A stretch of DNA of 64,000 nucleotides, taken from IMG/VR virus record IMGVR_UViG_3300015608_004971. One strand, 5' to 3'. The notes below the pieces were generated by a model. The model saw only the letters and a program-made list of their open reading frames with translations, had not been told where the DNA came from and searched no databases. Position 1 is the first letter of the stretch. Each line of letters begins with the position of its first letter. Positions 39,203-48,771 of this stretch are shown here, piece by piece. A program made the position numbers and the translations under genes. The stretch comes from a virus (taxonomy: Duplodnaviria > Caudoviricetes).

Positions 39203-41824
39203 ATGGCCAAAAATCAACCAGGAAGAATGTCTAATAAAGATCTTCGTGCTACAAAGCGCAAGCTCGATAATTTTGAGCAAATTAAAGAAGAACTTGGTGA
39301 TTTTAAACAAGAATTTGAAGATTTAGTTGATCAAGTTACAAAAACAGATACAATTCCAAAAAAGTCAAGAGAAGATTTAACAAAATATTTAAATGATTAT
39401 GCCTCTTTGAAAGAAAAACTTAATAATTTTTTTAATCAAGATAATGAGCAAATAAGAGGTTTTATTTCAAAATTTAAAGACGCACTATCAGATATTGATC
39501 AGAGCATTAAAAGTGCTTTGGCTAGTCGTGACGATAAAAAAGAACAAATAGCTGTTCTAAAAGAAGAAATTAAAAAAGCGATCCTATCGCAAAATAAAGC
39601 AAAAGAAGATAGTTTGCGTTCCGAGTTAAGACAAGAAAGAGAAGCACTTTCTAATCTTGAGGCAGATTATAAAGTAAAATTGAAACAAAGACACGACTAT
39701 TATTCAGAATATCAAGTCATCTTAAATCATGTCAAAAAAGTAATCGATAAATCACAAAATTCAGCAAGAATTCTAAAAACAGAATCTGATCGCTTTATCG
39801 ATCGGCACATGACAAGCATGTCGTCATTAATCAAAATAGCTGCAAATCCTCAAGATCTTGAAAATTTTTCAAATAATCTTAAGATAAAAGCAAGAAAAAG
39901 ACTTAATGAGCCTGAACTTGTTGATGCCTTTGAAACTTTTATTGATAATTCGTTAGCCAATTCTTTTTCGCAAGGTGGACAGTTTCGTGATGCTTTAATT
40001 AAATTAATTGGCTCATCAATTTTAAAAACTCTTGATAAGCATTTTACTGGTATACTGAAGGGTGGAAATTTTAATGTTCCTTTTATGGGTTCATTTCTTC
40101 CATCATTTCAAAGTGCAAGTATCGAATCTATTTTAAAAGAACGTATGCAAGGGCCAGCATCATTGTATAAAGAATACGGTAAAGATTTTGCTGATGGCGC
40201 AAACATAATGAAAGAGATAACAAAAATCTCTTATAAAGATGAAGTTAAAAATTTTGGTATAACTCAAAAAGAAATCGGTAAAGCTTTTGGCGAACTAAAT
40301 AAGCAAATGTCAGAGTTCACAAGTAAATATTCGGAACCAATGAGAGAGGAGCTTGGAAAGGCCGTTGTAATGCTTGAAAAAGCTGGCGTCGCCACAGCAA
40401 CAACCGTTAAAGCTTTCTCTACATTAACAAAAACATTTTTTGAAGAAAGAGCAATGCCTATAATTAAAAATATGGCAGCTCTTGGTAAAGCAATGAATGT
40501 GAATGATAAAGTTATTCAAGATTTAACAAGTAATTCCGGAAAACTTGCTCATCTTAATAAAGATAAATTAGAAAAATCAATTATCGATTTATCGATTGCC
40601 TCAACAAAAATGAATGTTGAAGTTTCTTCATTATTGGCTCAAATTTCTAATTTTCAAACTTTTGAAGGCGCTGCATCTGCTGCGGCAGAATTAAATATTG
40701 CATTGGGCGGCCAATTTGTTGATGGCCTTATGTTGATGAAAGATGCTATTGATGCGCCAGAAAAAGCATTATTTCGCTTAAAATCTGCTTTTGAACAATC
40801 TGGAAAATCCGTGGATTCACTCGATCCAGCACAATTAAAGTACTTTGCCTCAGCTTTCAAGCTTTCAGAAGAAGAGTTTAGACGTGTCTTTAAAGGAAGC
40901 ACAAGAGACTTATATGATTTTTCTAAGGCAATGAAAACTAAAGCAGAAAGTGAACAAAAATTTGTAACAATGATGAAAAAATCTAGAGATGTGTTTACTG
41001 AAGTTGCTAATGCTTTTTTTGGCGCTTTTAATGATGAATCTTTGGAAGCTTTAATAAGTATCACAAAAAGTTTTGGAAGTTTCATGACAATTATAGCAAA
41101 GTTTATTGATTTTTTTCCAATAATGGGCGTTGTTATAACTGCAACACTTATGAAGATAGTGTCTTCTGCCGTTCTTGCACTTTCAACAGCAAATAAGCTT
41201 GGCATACACAATGTCGGCAACATAAAAAATATAGCATCTTCAATTGCACCAACTGGCGCGGCCGGTGTTGCCTCTTTTGGCTCTAAAGTTGGTAGTTCCT
41301 TCTTAAGTCCAAAAAGTTTAATGAAAGGCGGCGCTGCTGGTGCTTTAATGGGTGGAATTTCAATGCTCGCTAAAGCTGTATCTGGTGAGCAAATAAATGG
41401 AAGCGATATTGGTTCATTTATTGGTGGTATTTTGGGCGGAATTGCTGGCACAGCTTTTGGTCCTGTTGGAACTCTTATTGGCGCTACTGCAGGAAATATG
41501 ATTGGTGGTGGAATAGGAAGTTTATTTACGGCAAAACCACCAATTGAAGATGGAATAATTGTATCCCGTGATGGTGAAACTCCACATGTAATTCCAATAA
41601 ATTCGGATGATAGTGTTCGTTTAATTGCTTCAAAGCCAAATGGACCGATTGAACAAAATTCATCAAAAGGCAATAATGATACAAAAGAACTTGAAAATTT
41701 AATGAAATTGATGATTCAAAAAATGGATGAAATATCAAAACGCCCACTTGAAATTGAGTTAGATGGCAAAAAACTTTCTGGTGCTCTTTATGATTTGAAT
41801 CGCAGAAACGCATATAATAGGTAA
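39203..41824 (+). CDS. Tape measure protein
   Basis: Long helical protein with a Gly/Ala-rich hydrophobic C-terminal region, in the canonical position after the chaperone. Confidence 0.8.
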   Translation: MAKNQPGRMSNKDLRATKRKLDNFEQIKEELGDFKQEFEDLVDQVTKTDTIPKKSREDLTKYLNDYASLKEKLNNFFNQDNEQIRGFISKFKDALSDIDQSIKSALASRDDKKEQIAVLKEEIKKAILSQNKAKEDSLRSELRQEREALSNLEADYKVKLKQRHDYYSEYQVILNHVKKVIDKSQNSARILKTESDRFIDRHMTSMSSLIKIAANPQDLENFSNNLKIKARKRLNEPELVDAFETFIDNSLANSFSQGGQFRDALIKLIGSSILKTLDKHFTGILKGGNFNVPFMGSFLPSFQSASIESILKERMQGPASLYKEYGKDFADGANIMKEITKISYKDEVKNFGITQKEIGKAFGELNKQMSEFTSKYSEPMREELGKAVVMLEKAGVATATTVKAFSTLTKTFFEERAMPIIKNMAALGKAMNVNDKVIQDLTSNSGKLAHLNKDKLEKSIIDLSIASTKMNVEVSSLLAQISNFQTFEGAASAAAELNIALGGQFVDGLMLMKDAIDAPEKALFRLKSAFEQSGKSVDSLDPAQLKYFASAFKLSEEEFRRVFKGSTRDLYDFSKAMKTKAESEQKFVTMMKKSRDVFTEVANAFFGAFNDESLEALISITKSFGSFMTIIAKFIDFFPIMGVVITATLMKIVSSAVLALSTANKLGIHNVGNIKNIASSIAPTGAAGVASFGSKVGSSFLSPKSLMKGGAAGALMGGISMLAKAVSGEQINGSDIGSFIGGILGGIAGTAFGPVGTLIGATAGNMIGGGIGSLFTAKPPIEDGIIVSRDGETPHVIPINSDDSVRLIASKPNGPIEQNSSKGNNDTKELENLMKLMIQKMDEISKRPLEIELDGKKLSGALYDLNRRNAYNR

Positions 41825-41826
41825 AT

Positions 41827-43920
41827 ATGAAAACACTTAAGGATATAAATGAAATTTCAAGTTTTGCTTGCATGTCTCATTTCTTTGCAAATTGGAAAGA
41901 AATTGTAAAAACATCTGCACCAATTTCAGATGAAATATCATATATAAAAGATATTGATAAATCATTAAGTACTTTATATATAACAAATAAGATTGTTGCA
42001 GAGAAATATGCTATAGAAACTCTTTTTTTAAATCAAAAAGAATTGTCATCTTTATTATCATTTGTTAAAATTGAGAAAATTCCGGTTGATAAAAACAATA
42101 AATTGGAAATCAAAGAAGCAAAAGAAATTGTATTTCCAGAACATTATGATGCAAAAACAATATTTTTAAGAAACGATCCGAATCAAATAGGATTTAGAGG
42201 AATTAATATAAAATTAAATTCAGATACAGGAGCATTTTATCAATTTGGTGTAGATTTAGAACTAATAATGAATCATCCAGATGTTTTAAATACAAGAGAA
42301 GATTTGTTAAATTTAATTTATATGTCTCAAGATAAAAAAACAAAAAAAATTGATGCTGTTAAATTAACTTTTGGCTGGAATGATATTCCCGACGGAATGA
42401 ATACAGTCAATCTTTCTAAGTTTGATATAAAAACTACATCATTAATTTTAAATATGAGAACCTACTCTCTTAATATTGAAGAAACAGGAAAAACAGTTTT
42501 AACAATATCATTTATTGGAACATCTGAGAATGCTTATTCGGATTCTCAACGTTCAAATGGTGCAATTATAAGTGAATTTTATAATGAAAAGGCAGAAAAA
42601 TTATTTAATGAAATAAAAGAAAAAAATGATAGCTTTTTTGACTTATCAGAGACAGACAAAACAGAAGCATCAAAAAAAATCGATGAATTAAAAAAGATTT
42701 ATGATGATCTTATTTTCATTTCTTTTAAAGATACACTTTATGATAGTTCTTTTCTTGCTCTAACAGAGATACCAAAAAAAATCGGCTATACTTTTGTCGA
42801 AGATATAATAAAAACAACATTAATAAAAAAGCAAACAGCAAAAAAACTTGATCCTTTATATGCAAAATATTATGGAAATCTTTTTACTTTAAAAAACCAA
42901 ACCAATGAAAAACCAACAGGACAAGATCAGATAGAAGAATCCATTGTAAAACAGATTGTCACACAAATATCAGATGGATCAGAAAGATATTTTTATAATG
43001 CAATATTTCTTGGCGATATATTATCTTTTTTTCAAAGAAATTATAGATTAAATAATAAGACAAATATTGTTAATGAGATTGTATTAGGAACATTTGATGT
43101 AATCAAAAAAAATAGTGAATTATATGATACAGAAACATTTCCATTAAGTCATTTTATACTTCCGTTAAATCTTGTTTATGATTGGTTTTTTAATTTATTA
43201 ACATCTAATGGTGTAAATTCTTATACACTTTCTTTTAATGATATTATTGACTCATTATTCAATGATCTTGTTTTTAATTTATTGAATTCATATAACGAAT
43301 TAAGAGAAAAATATGTTCCAAAATCTGCTTTATTGTATGATCTTTATATAACATATGATAATAAATTCTTTCAAAGAACTGTTATTAATAATTTTGACTT
43401 TCCTAAAGAAATTAATTCTATTGATATCTCTAAATATAAAACAGATGATATTAATCCATTTTCTTTTTTATATATTTATGGACAAGGAAGATTTTTTGGC
43501 AATGGCGATGTTAAAGAAAATTTAAAAAATAATGTATATCATTTTTTTGTTGGCGCAGATACAGGATTTTTAAAAAATGTTAAATTTAATCCAATTCCAA
43601 ATGCCCAAAGAGCAACATCTATGCTTTATTCTGCATTATCAAAAAAAGAAGATATAAGAAGCTTAAAAGGAATTTCACGTTTTGACTGCACATTAAATCT
43701 TGTTGGTAATTCTTATTTTAAGCCAGGACAAGTTATTTATCTTGATATGTCCTTAATGGGCTTTGGAAATGCTGAGGATGAAGGCTCTATAGCTTTTCGA
43801 AATAATATTGGTGGATATTATATAATTACTAAAGTAGAGCATAATATAACGCCACACTATTTTGATACATCAATTATTTGTGTATATCATGATAGTGGTA
43901 AAAAAGGAAAACCAAATTAA
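41827..43920 (+). CDS. Baseplate hub / late control D-like protein
   Basis: C-terminal LVGNSYFKPGQVIYL...GGYYIITKVEHNI...FDT motif. Confidence 0.6.
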   Translation: MKTLKDINEISSFACMSHFFANWKEIVKTSAPISDEISYIKDIDKSLSTLYITNKIVAEKYAIETLFLNQKELSSLLSFVKIEKIPVDKNNKLEIKEAKEIVFPEHYDAKTIFLRNDPNQIGFRGINIKLNSDTGAFYQFGVDLELIMNHPDVLNTREDLLNLIYMSQDKKTKKIDAVKLTFGWNDIPDGMNTVNLSKFDIKTTSLILNMRTYSLNIEETGKTVLTISFIGTSENAYSDSQRSNGAIISEFYNEKAEKLFNEIKEKNDSFFDLSETDKTEASKKIDELKKIYDDLIFISFKDTLYDSSFLALTEIPKKIGYTFVEDIIKTTLIKKQTAKKLDPLYAKYYGNLFTLKNQTNEKPTGQDQIEESIVKQIVTQISDGSERYFYNAIFLGDILSFFQRNYRLNNKTNIVNEIVLGTFDVIKKNSELYDTETFPLSHFILPLNLVYDWFFNLLTSNGVNSYTLSFNDIIDSLFNDLVFNLLNSYNELREKYVPKSALLYDLYITYDNKFFQRTVINNFDFPKEINSIDISKYKTDDINPFSFLYIYGQGRFFGNGDVKENLKNNVYHFFVGADTGFLKNVKFNPIPNAQRATSMLYSALSKKEDIRSLKGISRFDCTLNLVGNSYFKPGQVIYLDMSLMGFGNAEDEGSIAFRNNIGGYYIITKVEHNITPHYFDTSIICVYHDSGKKGKPN

Positions 43921-44636
43921 TGAAAAGTGTATTGCAAAAAGATAAAGACTATTTTGTTTATGTAACTCATATGCCAACTGGTCAAACAATCGAGTTTGAT
44001 GGATACATAAATTCTTTTTCTGATACAGTCTCACCATCGGTAAATTCTGAAGAAATGTATGGCAGAATGGACCCACTCCAGAAGTATAAAAATACAACGA
44101 GAAAAATTAGTATTGATTTTGATCTTGTTTCTGAGTGCGATGAAGATGGACTTGCAAACGCTTTAAAGGTAAAAGCTTTGCAAGGATTTTTATATCCTGT
44201 TTATGATGGTACGTCAAAATCATCAATAAATAATAATACAATTTCTTCAATATATTCGCCGCCATTAATAAGAATAGATTGGAATGTTCATCTTCAAGAG
44301 TGTTATGGTTATCTTGAGCCGATATCTGTTACATGGTCAAAAGAAGATCCGATCTTTTTTTATTCTGGTGATGATCGCGCATTAATTTTTGGAATCTATA
44401 GAATAAAATTGGCAATGACAGTTCTTCATGATTATAAATTAGGATGGAGCAAAGAAGCTGGCTTAACACCCGGCAAATCAGAGTTTGCCGCAACACCAGG
44501 ACCAGATTCTTTGGCTTTTCCAGGCGCTATTGGAAGTCGTGGATGGTATGAAGGAAATAAAAATAACTCAAAAGATTTGAGCAATACATCAAAAATAAAT
44601 AAATCTATTTCTAAGAAAGCTATGGGAATTAAATAA
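43920..44636 (+). CDS. Tail tube initiator / baseplate tube-like protein
   Basis: YGRMDP..Y..T.RKISIDF and PPLIRI motifs. Confidence 0.55.
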   Translation: MKSVLQKDKDYFVYVTHMPTGQTIEFDGYINSFSDTVSPSVNSEEMYGRMDPLQKYKNTTRKISIDFDLVSECDEDGLANALKVKALQGFLYPVYDGTSKSSINNNTISSIYSPPLIRIDWNVHLQECYGYLEPISVTWSKEDPIFFYSGDDRALIFGIYRIKLAMTVLHDYKLGWSKEAGLTPGKSEFAATPGPDSLAFPGAIGSRGWYEGNKNNSKDLSNTSKINKSISKKAMGIK

Positions 44637-44981
44637 ATGAGATATAAACAAATAAAAACATTTAATAATGATAATGAGCTTTATAAGAAATTATTAATAG
44701 AAAAAAATAAACTTTTTATAAATCAATATGAAAGCTTAAAACTAAGAGCACTTCTTGAAAGTGATTATGATCAGTTTGATATTAAATCCCATGTTTGGAC
44801 GCAGGGTGATACTTTTGAAAAATTAAGTTCTTTATATTATTTGAATCCTAGATATTGGTTTATTTTAGCATATTTTAACTCTAAACCAACAGAATTTTAT
44901 GTTTCAAATGGAGAAACTATCTATATTCCAATGCCACTTCAAAAAGTTTTAAATTTTTATAATAGTAGCAATAAAGGTTAA
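44637..44981 (+). CDS. LysM-like baseplate wedge protein (gp53/gpX-like)
   Basis: HVWTQGDTFEKLS..YY.NP.YWFILA.FN......GETIYIP. Confidence 0.75.
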   Translation: MRYKQIKTFNNDNELYKKLLIEKNKLFINQYESLKLRALLESDYDQFDIKSHVWTQGDTFEKLSSLYYLNPRYWFILAYFNSKPTEFYVSNGETIYIPMPLQKVLNFYNSSNKG

Positions 44982-44983
44982 AA

Positions 44984-45931
44984 ATGTTAAAAGATTTAAT
45001 CAAATCTAATCAAGATTATAATAAAATTATTGAATCATATAACTCAAAATATATTCAAGATAGAATTATTTCTAATCTTTATTTACCAAAATTAAATCTC
45101 TTGAAAAAGACAAAATATAATTTTATTGCTCTTGATTATATCGAGGAGCAATTTTCTGATTTAAGAGCCGATGTAATTAAATTTATCGATAAAGGAATTA
45201 TGCCGGATTATCCTGAACTTTATGGCATACTTAACCCTACCGATGTTTATTCGTCTATTTTTTCTGACAAATTTTCAAAGAACATAAAAATAGATCCAAA
45301 AAATATTAGATCTAATTCTGATTATATCAATCTACTGAGAACTGATGTTACAGAGATTGTAGATACTAAGACTGAAGCTAGCTCAGGTCTTCTTTTAAGT
45401 ATAGAACCTCCGTCGCCAATGTCAAGAGAAGAATTTGCATCATCAGACTTCTTCAAAAACTACCTTCTCAAGCTGGTTGAACAATATGGTTTTATTATAG
45501 ATAAAAACATTCCTTGGATTTTAAAAAGCAATATGCAGTCGCCATATGTTAAAAAAAACTATCCTACTTCAATAAAATCAAATTATTTTGAGATAAAGTA
45601 TCATCAAATTTTTGAATTTTATAAAAATATTCTTCAATATGAAAGTGATTCTATTATTTTATCTATGAGCAATCCTTATGAATTTACCTCCTATTGCGAA
45701 GAACAACAGAAATTTGTTATAAAAAGTAATTTTATAACAAATGTTGCTTTAAGTGATAATGATATTATTGATTTTATTGTTCATATTTTGGGTAAGCAAA
45801 ATAATTTAAATACACACAACATCTCATTTGTCAAAGAAGCAGTCAGTAAAACAGAGGGACTTGACACCGGCCAGAAGCTATGGTATGCTCAGAACATGAT
45901 CACAGCGCTTCAACAAGATCAGAAGCTCTAG
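44984..45931 (+). CDS. Hypothetical protein
   Basis: Coupled ORF ending at TAG. Confidence 0.6.
   Translation: MLKDLIKSNQDYNKIIESYNSKYIQDRIISNLYLPKLNLLKKTKYNFIALDYIEEQFSDLRADVIKFIDKGIMPDYPELYGILNPTDVYSSIFSDKFSKNIKIDPKNIRSNSDYINLLRTDVTEIVDTKTEASSGLLLSIEPPSPMSREEFASSDFFKNYLLKLVEQYGFIIDKNIPWILKSNMQSPYVKKNYPTSIKSNYFEIKYHQIFEFYKNILQYESDSIILSMSNPYEFTSYCEEQQKFVIKSNFITNVALSDNDIIDFIVHILGKQNNLNTHNISFVKEAVSKTEGLDTGQKLWYAQNMITALQQDQKL
45861..45889 (+). promoter_or_regulatory. Sigma70-type promoter at the start of the replication module
   Basis: TTGACA-N17-TATGCT with TGn, inside the 3' end of the upstream ORF. Confidence 0.6.
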
Positions 45932-45991
45932 TTCATATCTTCTTATATAATATCCTGAACATATATTAAGAAGCAATATAAAAGTCATATA

Positions 45992-46984
45992 ATGATTATA
46001 GATAATATATTAAAAAAATATTCCATGACATGGACAGGCTCATCTGATCCTTCTATTTTATCTCTAAAATCTCTCGAAGAAGTAGATTCTTGGGAAGATT
46101 GCAAATATTTTGCAGAGTCATATAATAAAATTCTAGCATTAGAAGAAGCAGAAGCAATATGTTATAGCAATAATAATAAATTGCTTTCTTTAGCAGAAAG
46201 ATTAAATGTCCTGACAGAACAAGAACAAAAAGAATTAAAAGAAAAGAATAATCCTGCATATAAACAAAATCTTATAATCCAGCTGCTTCTTGATGATATC
46301 AGAAAGCAAAAGATTTTTCTTCTTTCTGGAAAAGAAACAATTATAGATTATAATCAGTTTCATACATCAACCAGAAGATTATCTGACTCAGGAAGAGGTT
46401 ATAATATTTTAACAATAGCAAAGGATAAAAGAAATATTATTCCTTCTAATGACTTTTTATTAGAAGTTGATTATAACGCCTTTGAACCAAGAGTTGCATT
46501 GGGACTTCTAGGTTTGGAACAACCAAAAAACGACATATATTCAGAATTATTTCCATCAATATCAAGAGAGCAAGCAAAAAAGAAAATGCTTGTTTGGATG
46601 TATGGTGATAATAGCTCAAATGATGCAATAAATGGCCTAGAAAAAACGAAATTAATTAATTCAAGCTATGACGGCGAAAAAATAAAAACTATTTTTGGAA
46701 GGCAAATTTATTGTCCAAAGCAAAATATAATATCATATTTGATTCAATCAACAGCGTCAGATCTAATATTGGAAAAAGCTTACTTGATTAATAAATTTTT
46801 GAAAGCAAATAAATTAAAAACCAAAATATCTTATTTGGTACATGATTCTATAGTTTTTGATATTGCCAAAGATGAAAAAATAATAGTAACCTATATAGCA
46901 AAGTTTTTTTCTGATACAATGTTTGGTAAAATGAAATTAAATATTTCTTTTGGTAATGACAGTAACAACTTTCAGAGGATTTAA
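45992..46984 (+). CDS. Stand-alone family A DNA polymerase domain (no exonuclease domains)
   Basis: Motif A EVDYNAFEPR, motif B REQAKKKMLVWMYG, IQSTASD, motif C VHDSIV. Confidence 0.8.
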   Translation: MIIDNILKKYSMTWTGSSDPSILSLKSLEEVDSWEDCKYFAESYNKILALEEAEAICYSNNNKLLSLAERLNVLTEQEQKELKEKNNPAYKQNLIIQLLLDDIRKQKIFLLSGKETIIDYNQFHTSTRRLSDSGRGYNILTIAKDKRNIIPSNDFLLEVDYNAFEPRVALGLLGLEQPKNDIYSELFPSISREQAKKKMLVWMYGDNSSNDAINGLEKTKLINSSYDGEKIKTIFGRQIYCPKQNIISYLIQSTASDLILEKAYLINKFLKANKLKTKISYLVHDSIVFDIAKDEKIIVTYIAKFFSDTMFGKMKLNISFGNDSNNFQRI

Positions 46985-46986
46985 GG

Positions 46987-47799
46987 ATGATAATAGGTAT
47001 TGGTTCTGCTGGGAAAAATATATGTTCGATATTATCAAAAACTGTTGATGATAATTTTCTTATTTTGGAACGAGAAAACACAAATCCTTTAGATTTAAAT
47101 TGGGGAATGGAAGAATATGAACGTCGTGCTGTGCTGGAAGAAAGTTGGTTTCAGCCCTTGACAGATGGCGAAGAGTGCGTTATACTCATGTCGTCTGGAG
47201 GCAACATTCAAGGAATAACACTACGTGTTCTTGAAATTCTTAAAAAAAGAACAGACAACATAATAGTCTTTTATATTAAGCCAGATCTTGATCTTTTAAC
47301 AACAGATCAAAAACTCAAGTATCGCCCAGTCTTTGGAGTGCTGCAAGAGCTAACTAGAACTGGCTCAACAAAAGAAATTTGTCTTTTTGATAACAATTTG
47401 ATATCGAAAGCAATTAGTGATATTGATATTTTTAACTATGAAGAAAAAATAAACAATATCATTGTAGAAATGATTTTATGGAAAATGTCTTGTCAAGCAG
47501 AAAAACCTTTAAAAGGCAAAATTTCTGAAAGAAAAGAATATCAAAATATCTCATCAATAGAGATTCATAATCTTGATAATGATGATATAATAAAATCATA
47601 TAATTTAGAAAATGTTAGACATATAAACAATTATATCTTCTTGAATAGAGAGCAAACATCAAAAAATAAAATAAATGACGTACTACATATAATACAATAC
47701 AATAAAAATAACGATATTAATTCGTCATACTGTATTGTTGAGAATAAGCAAAATATTTTAATAAAGTTAAACTATACACATATAATTCAAGAATATTAA
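46987..47799 (+). CDS. Divergent tubulin/FtsZ-like protein
   Basis: N-terminal IIGIGSAGKNI (T1-loop-like); degenerate signature SSGGNIQG; later FDN and INNII elements. Confidence 0.55.
   Translation: MIIGIGSAGKNICSILSKTVDDNFLILERENTNPLDLNWGMEEYERRAVLEESWFQPLTDGEECVILMSSGGNIQGITLRVLEILKKRTDNIIVFYIKPDLDLLTTDQKLKYRPVFGVLQELTRTGSTKEICLFDNNLISKAISDIDIFNYEEKINNIIVEMILWKMSCQAEKPLKGKISERKEYQNISSIEIHNLDNDDIIKSYNLENVRHINNYIFLNREQTSKNKINDVLHIIQYNKNNDINSSYCIVENKQNILIKLNYTHIIQEY
47158..47186 (+). promoter_or_regulatory. Sigma70-type promoter inside the tubulin-like gene
   Basis: TTGACA-N17-TATACT. Confidence 0.5.
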
Positions 47800-47854
47800 T
47801 TAAAACGCGAGGACAGAAGTATTAACTGTTCTTTTAACTAGGAGAAAAGTAAAA

Positions 47855-48655
47855 ATGGCATTAGATTTTTCAAAAATGAAACAAAAACAAAAAATGTTAG
47901 AGAAGGGTGGAAGCGATAAAGAATCACGCTTTTGGAAAGTTCCTGATGGAAAAAGTACAATTCGTCTTCTGCCCGATAAAGATGGCGATCCATTTAAAAT
48001 CATGTTTCTTCATTATGATATAAATGGCAAAACAGTTCCATGTATTTCAAAAAATTGGAAAGAGAAATGCCCAATTTGTGAATTTGCATACCAGATTTAC
48101 AAAGATAAAGACAAATCATCAGAACAAGAGAAACTTCTCGCAAAGAAAATGCTTGCAAAAGAGCGTTATTTTTCACGTATAGTTATTCGTGATGATGGAG
48201 TTTTACAACCAAAAACATGGTCATATTCTCCAACTGTTTATAAAGATCTTTTAGCATTAGTTCTTAATGAAGATTACGGTGATATCACCGATCCAAAAAC
48301 TGGTTTTGATTTAATCATAGATTATGGTAAAGTAGGCGGCAAAACCTATGCAGAAACCAAAGTAACACCAAAACGTAAAGAGAGCAAGCTAGCAGATACT
48401 CCAAGTGAGATTGAGCAATTAACTTCGGAGGATTTTGACGTAGAAACTCTTTATGAGCGCTTCTCAAAAAGTGATGTGCAAACAATGCTACAAGAGCACC
48501 TTGATAAGCTTGAAAAAGCAGCTTTAGGTGACACAGGCGAAGCTGCCCTATTAGAAGGGGGTGATCCAAAAGTACATTATGGTGCAGCCGCAAATAGCAT
48601 GACTTCTGAAGCTTCTTTGGAGGAAAAGCTGCAAGGCTTTCTTCAAGGTAACTAA
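47855..48655 (+). CDS. Single-stranded DNA-binding protein (gp32-like)
   Basis: FWK..GK.TIRLLP, C...CPIC, YGDITDP..GFDL; acidic tail; GGAG RBS. Confidence 0.85.
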   Translation: MALDFSKMKQKQKMLEKGGSDKESRFWKVPDGKSTIRLLPDKDGDPFKIMFLHYDINGKTVPCISKNWKEKCPICEFAYQIYKDKDKSSEQEKLLAKKMLAKERYFSRIVIRDDGVLQPKTWSYSPTVYKDLLALVLNEDYGDITDPKTGFDLIIDYGKVGGKTYAETKVTPKRKESKLADTPSEIEQLTSEDFDVETLYERFSKSDVQTMLQEHLDKLEKAALGDTGEAALLEGGDPKVHYGAAANSMTSEASLEEKLQGFLQGN

Positions 48656-48691
48656 AAAAAGTAGTCTTTAGCGAGAAGTATTTAAAAAAGT

Positions 48692-48757
48692 TCCCACCAA
48701 ACAGATATTTTATTAATAAAACAGCATTTATGTCTGTTTGGTGGGATTCTTTTTTTT
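48692..48757 (+). terminator. Rho-independent terminator after ssb
   Basis: TCCCACCAAACAGATAT / ATGTCTGTTTGGTGGGA stem followed by TTCTTTTTTTT. Confidence 0.8.
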
Positions 48758-48771
48758 AAAAGGAAGAAAAA

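Noticed and set aside
40654-41673. 339-aa minus-strand ORF
   Set aside because: Antisense shadow of the Gly/Ala-rich tape measure region; no RBS or recognisable motif.
45896-45991. Stop-codon reassignment or readthrough joining 44984..45931 to the in-frame PolA ORF
   Set aside because: Needs both TAG 45929 and TGA 45956 to be read through; all conserved genes are intact in the standard code.
46987-47799. Nucleus-forming (PhiKZ-like) jumbo phage
   Set aside because: The structural genes are T4-like, and no chimallin or multisubunit RNA polymerase is recognisable here.
47810-47835. Small hairpin AGGACAG...CTGTTCT followed by TTT before ssb (terminator or gp32-like autoregulatory site)
   Set aside because: A 7-bp stem with a G-U pair and a 9-nt loop is too weak to call.
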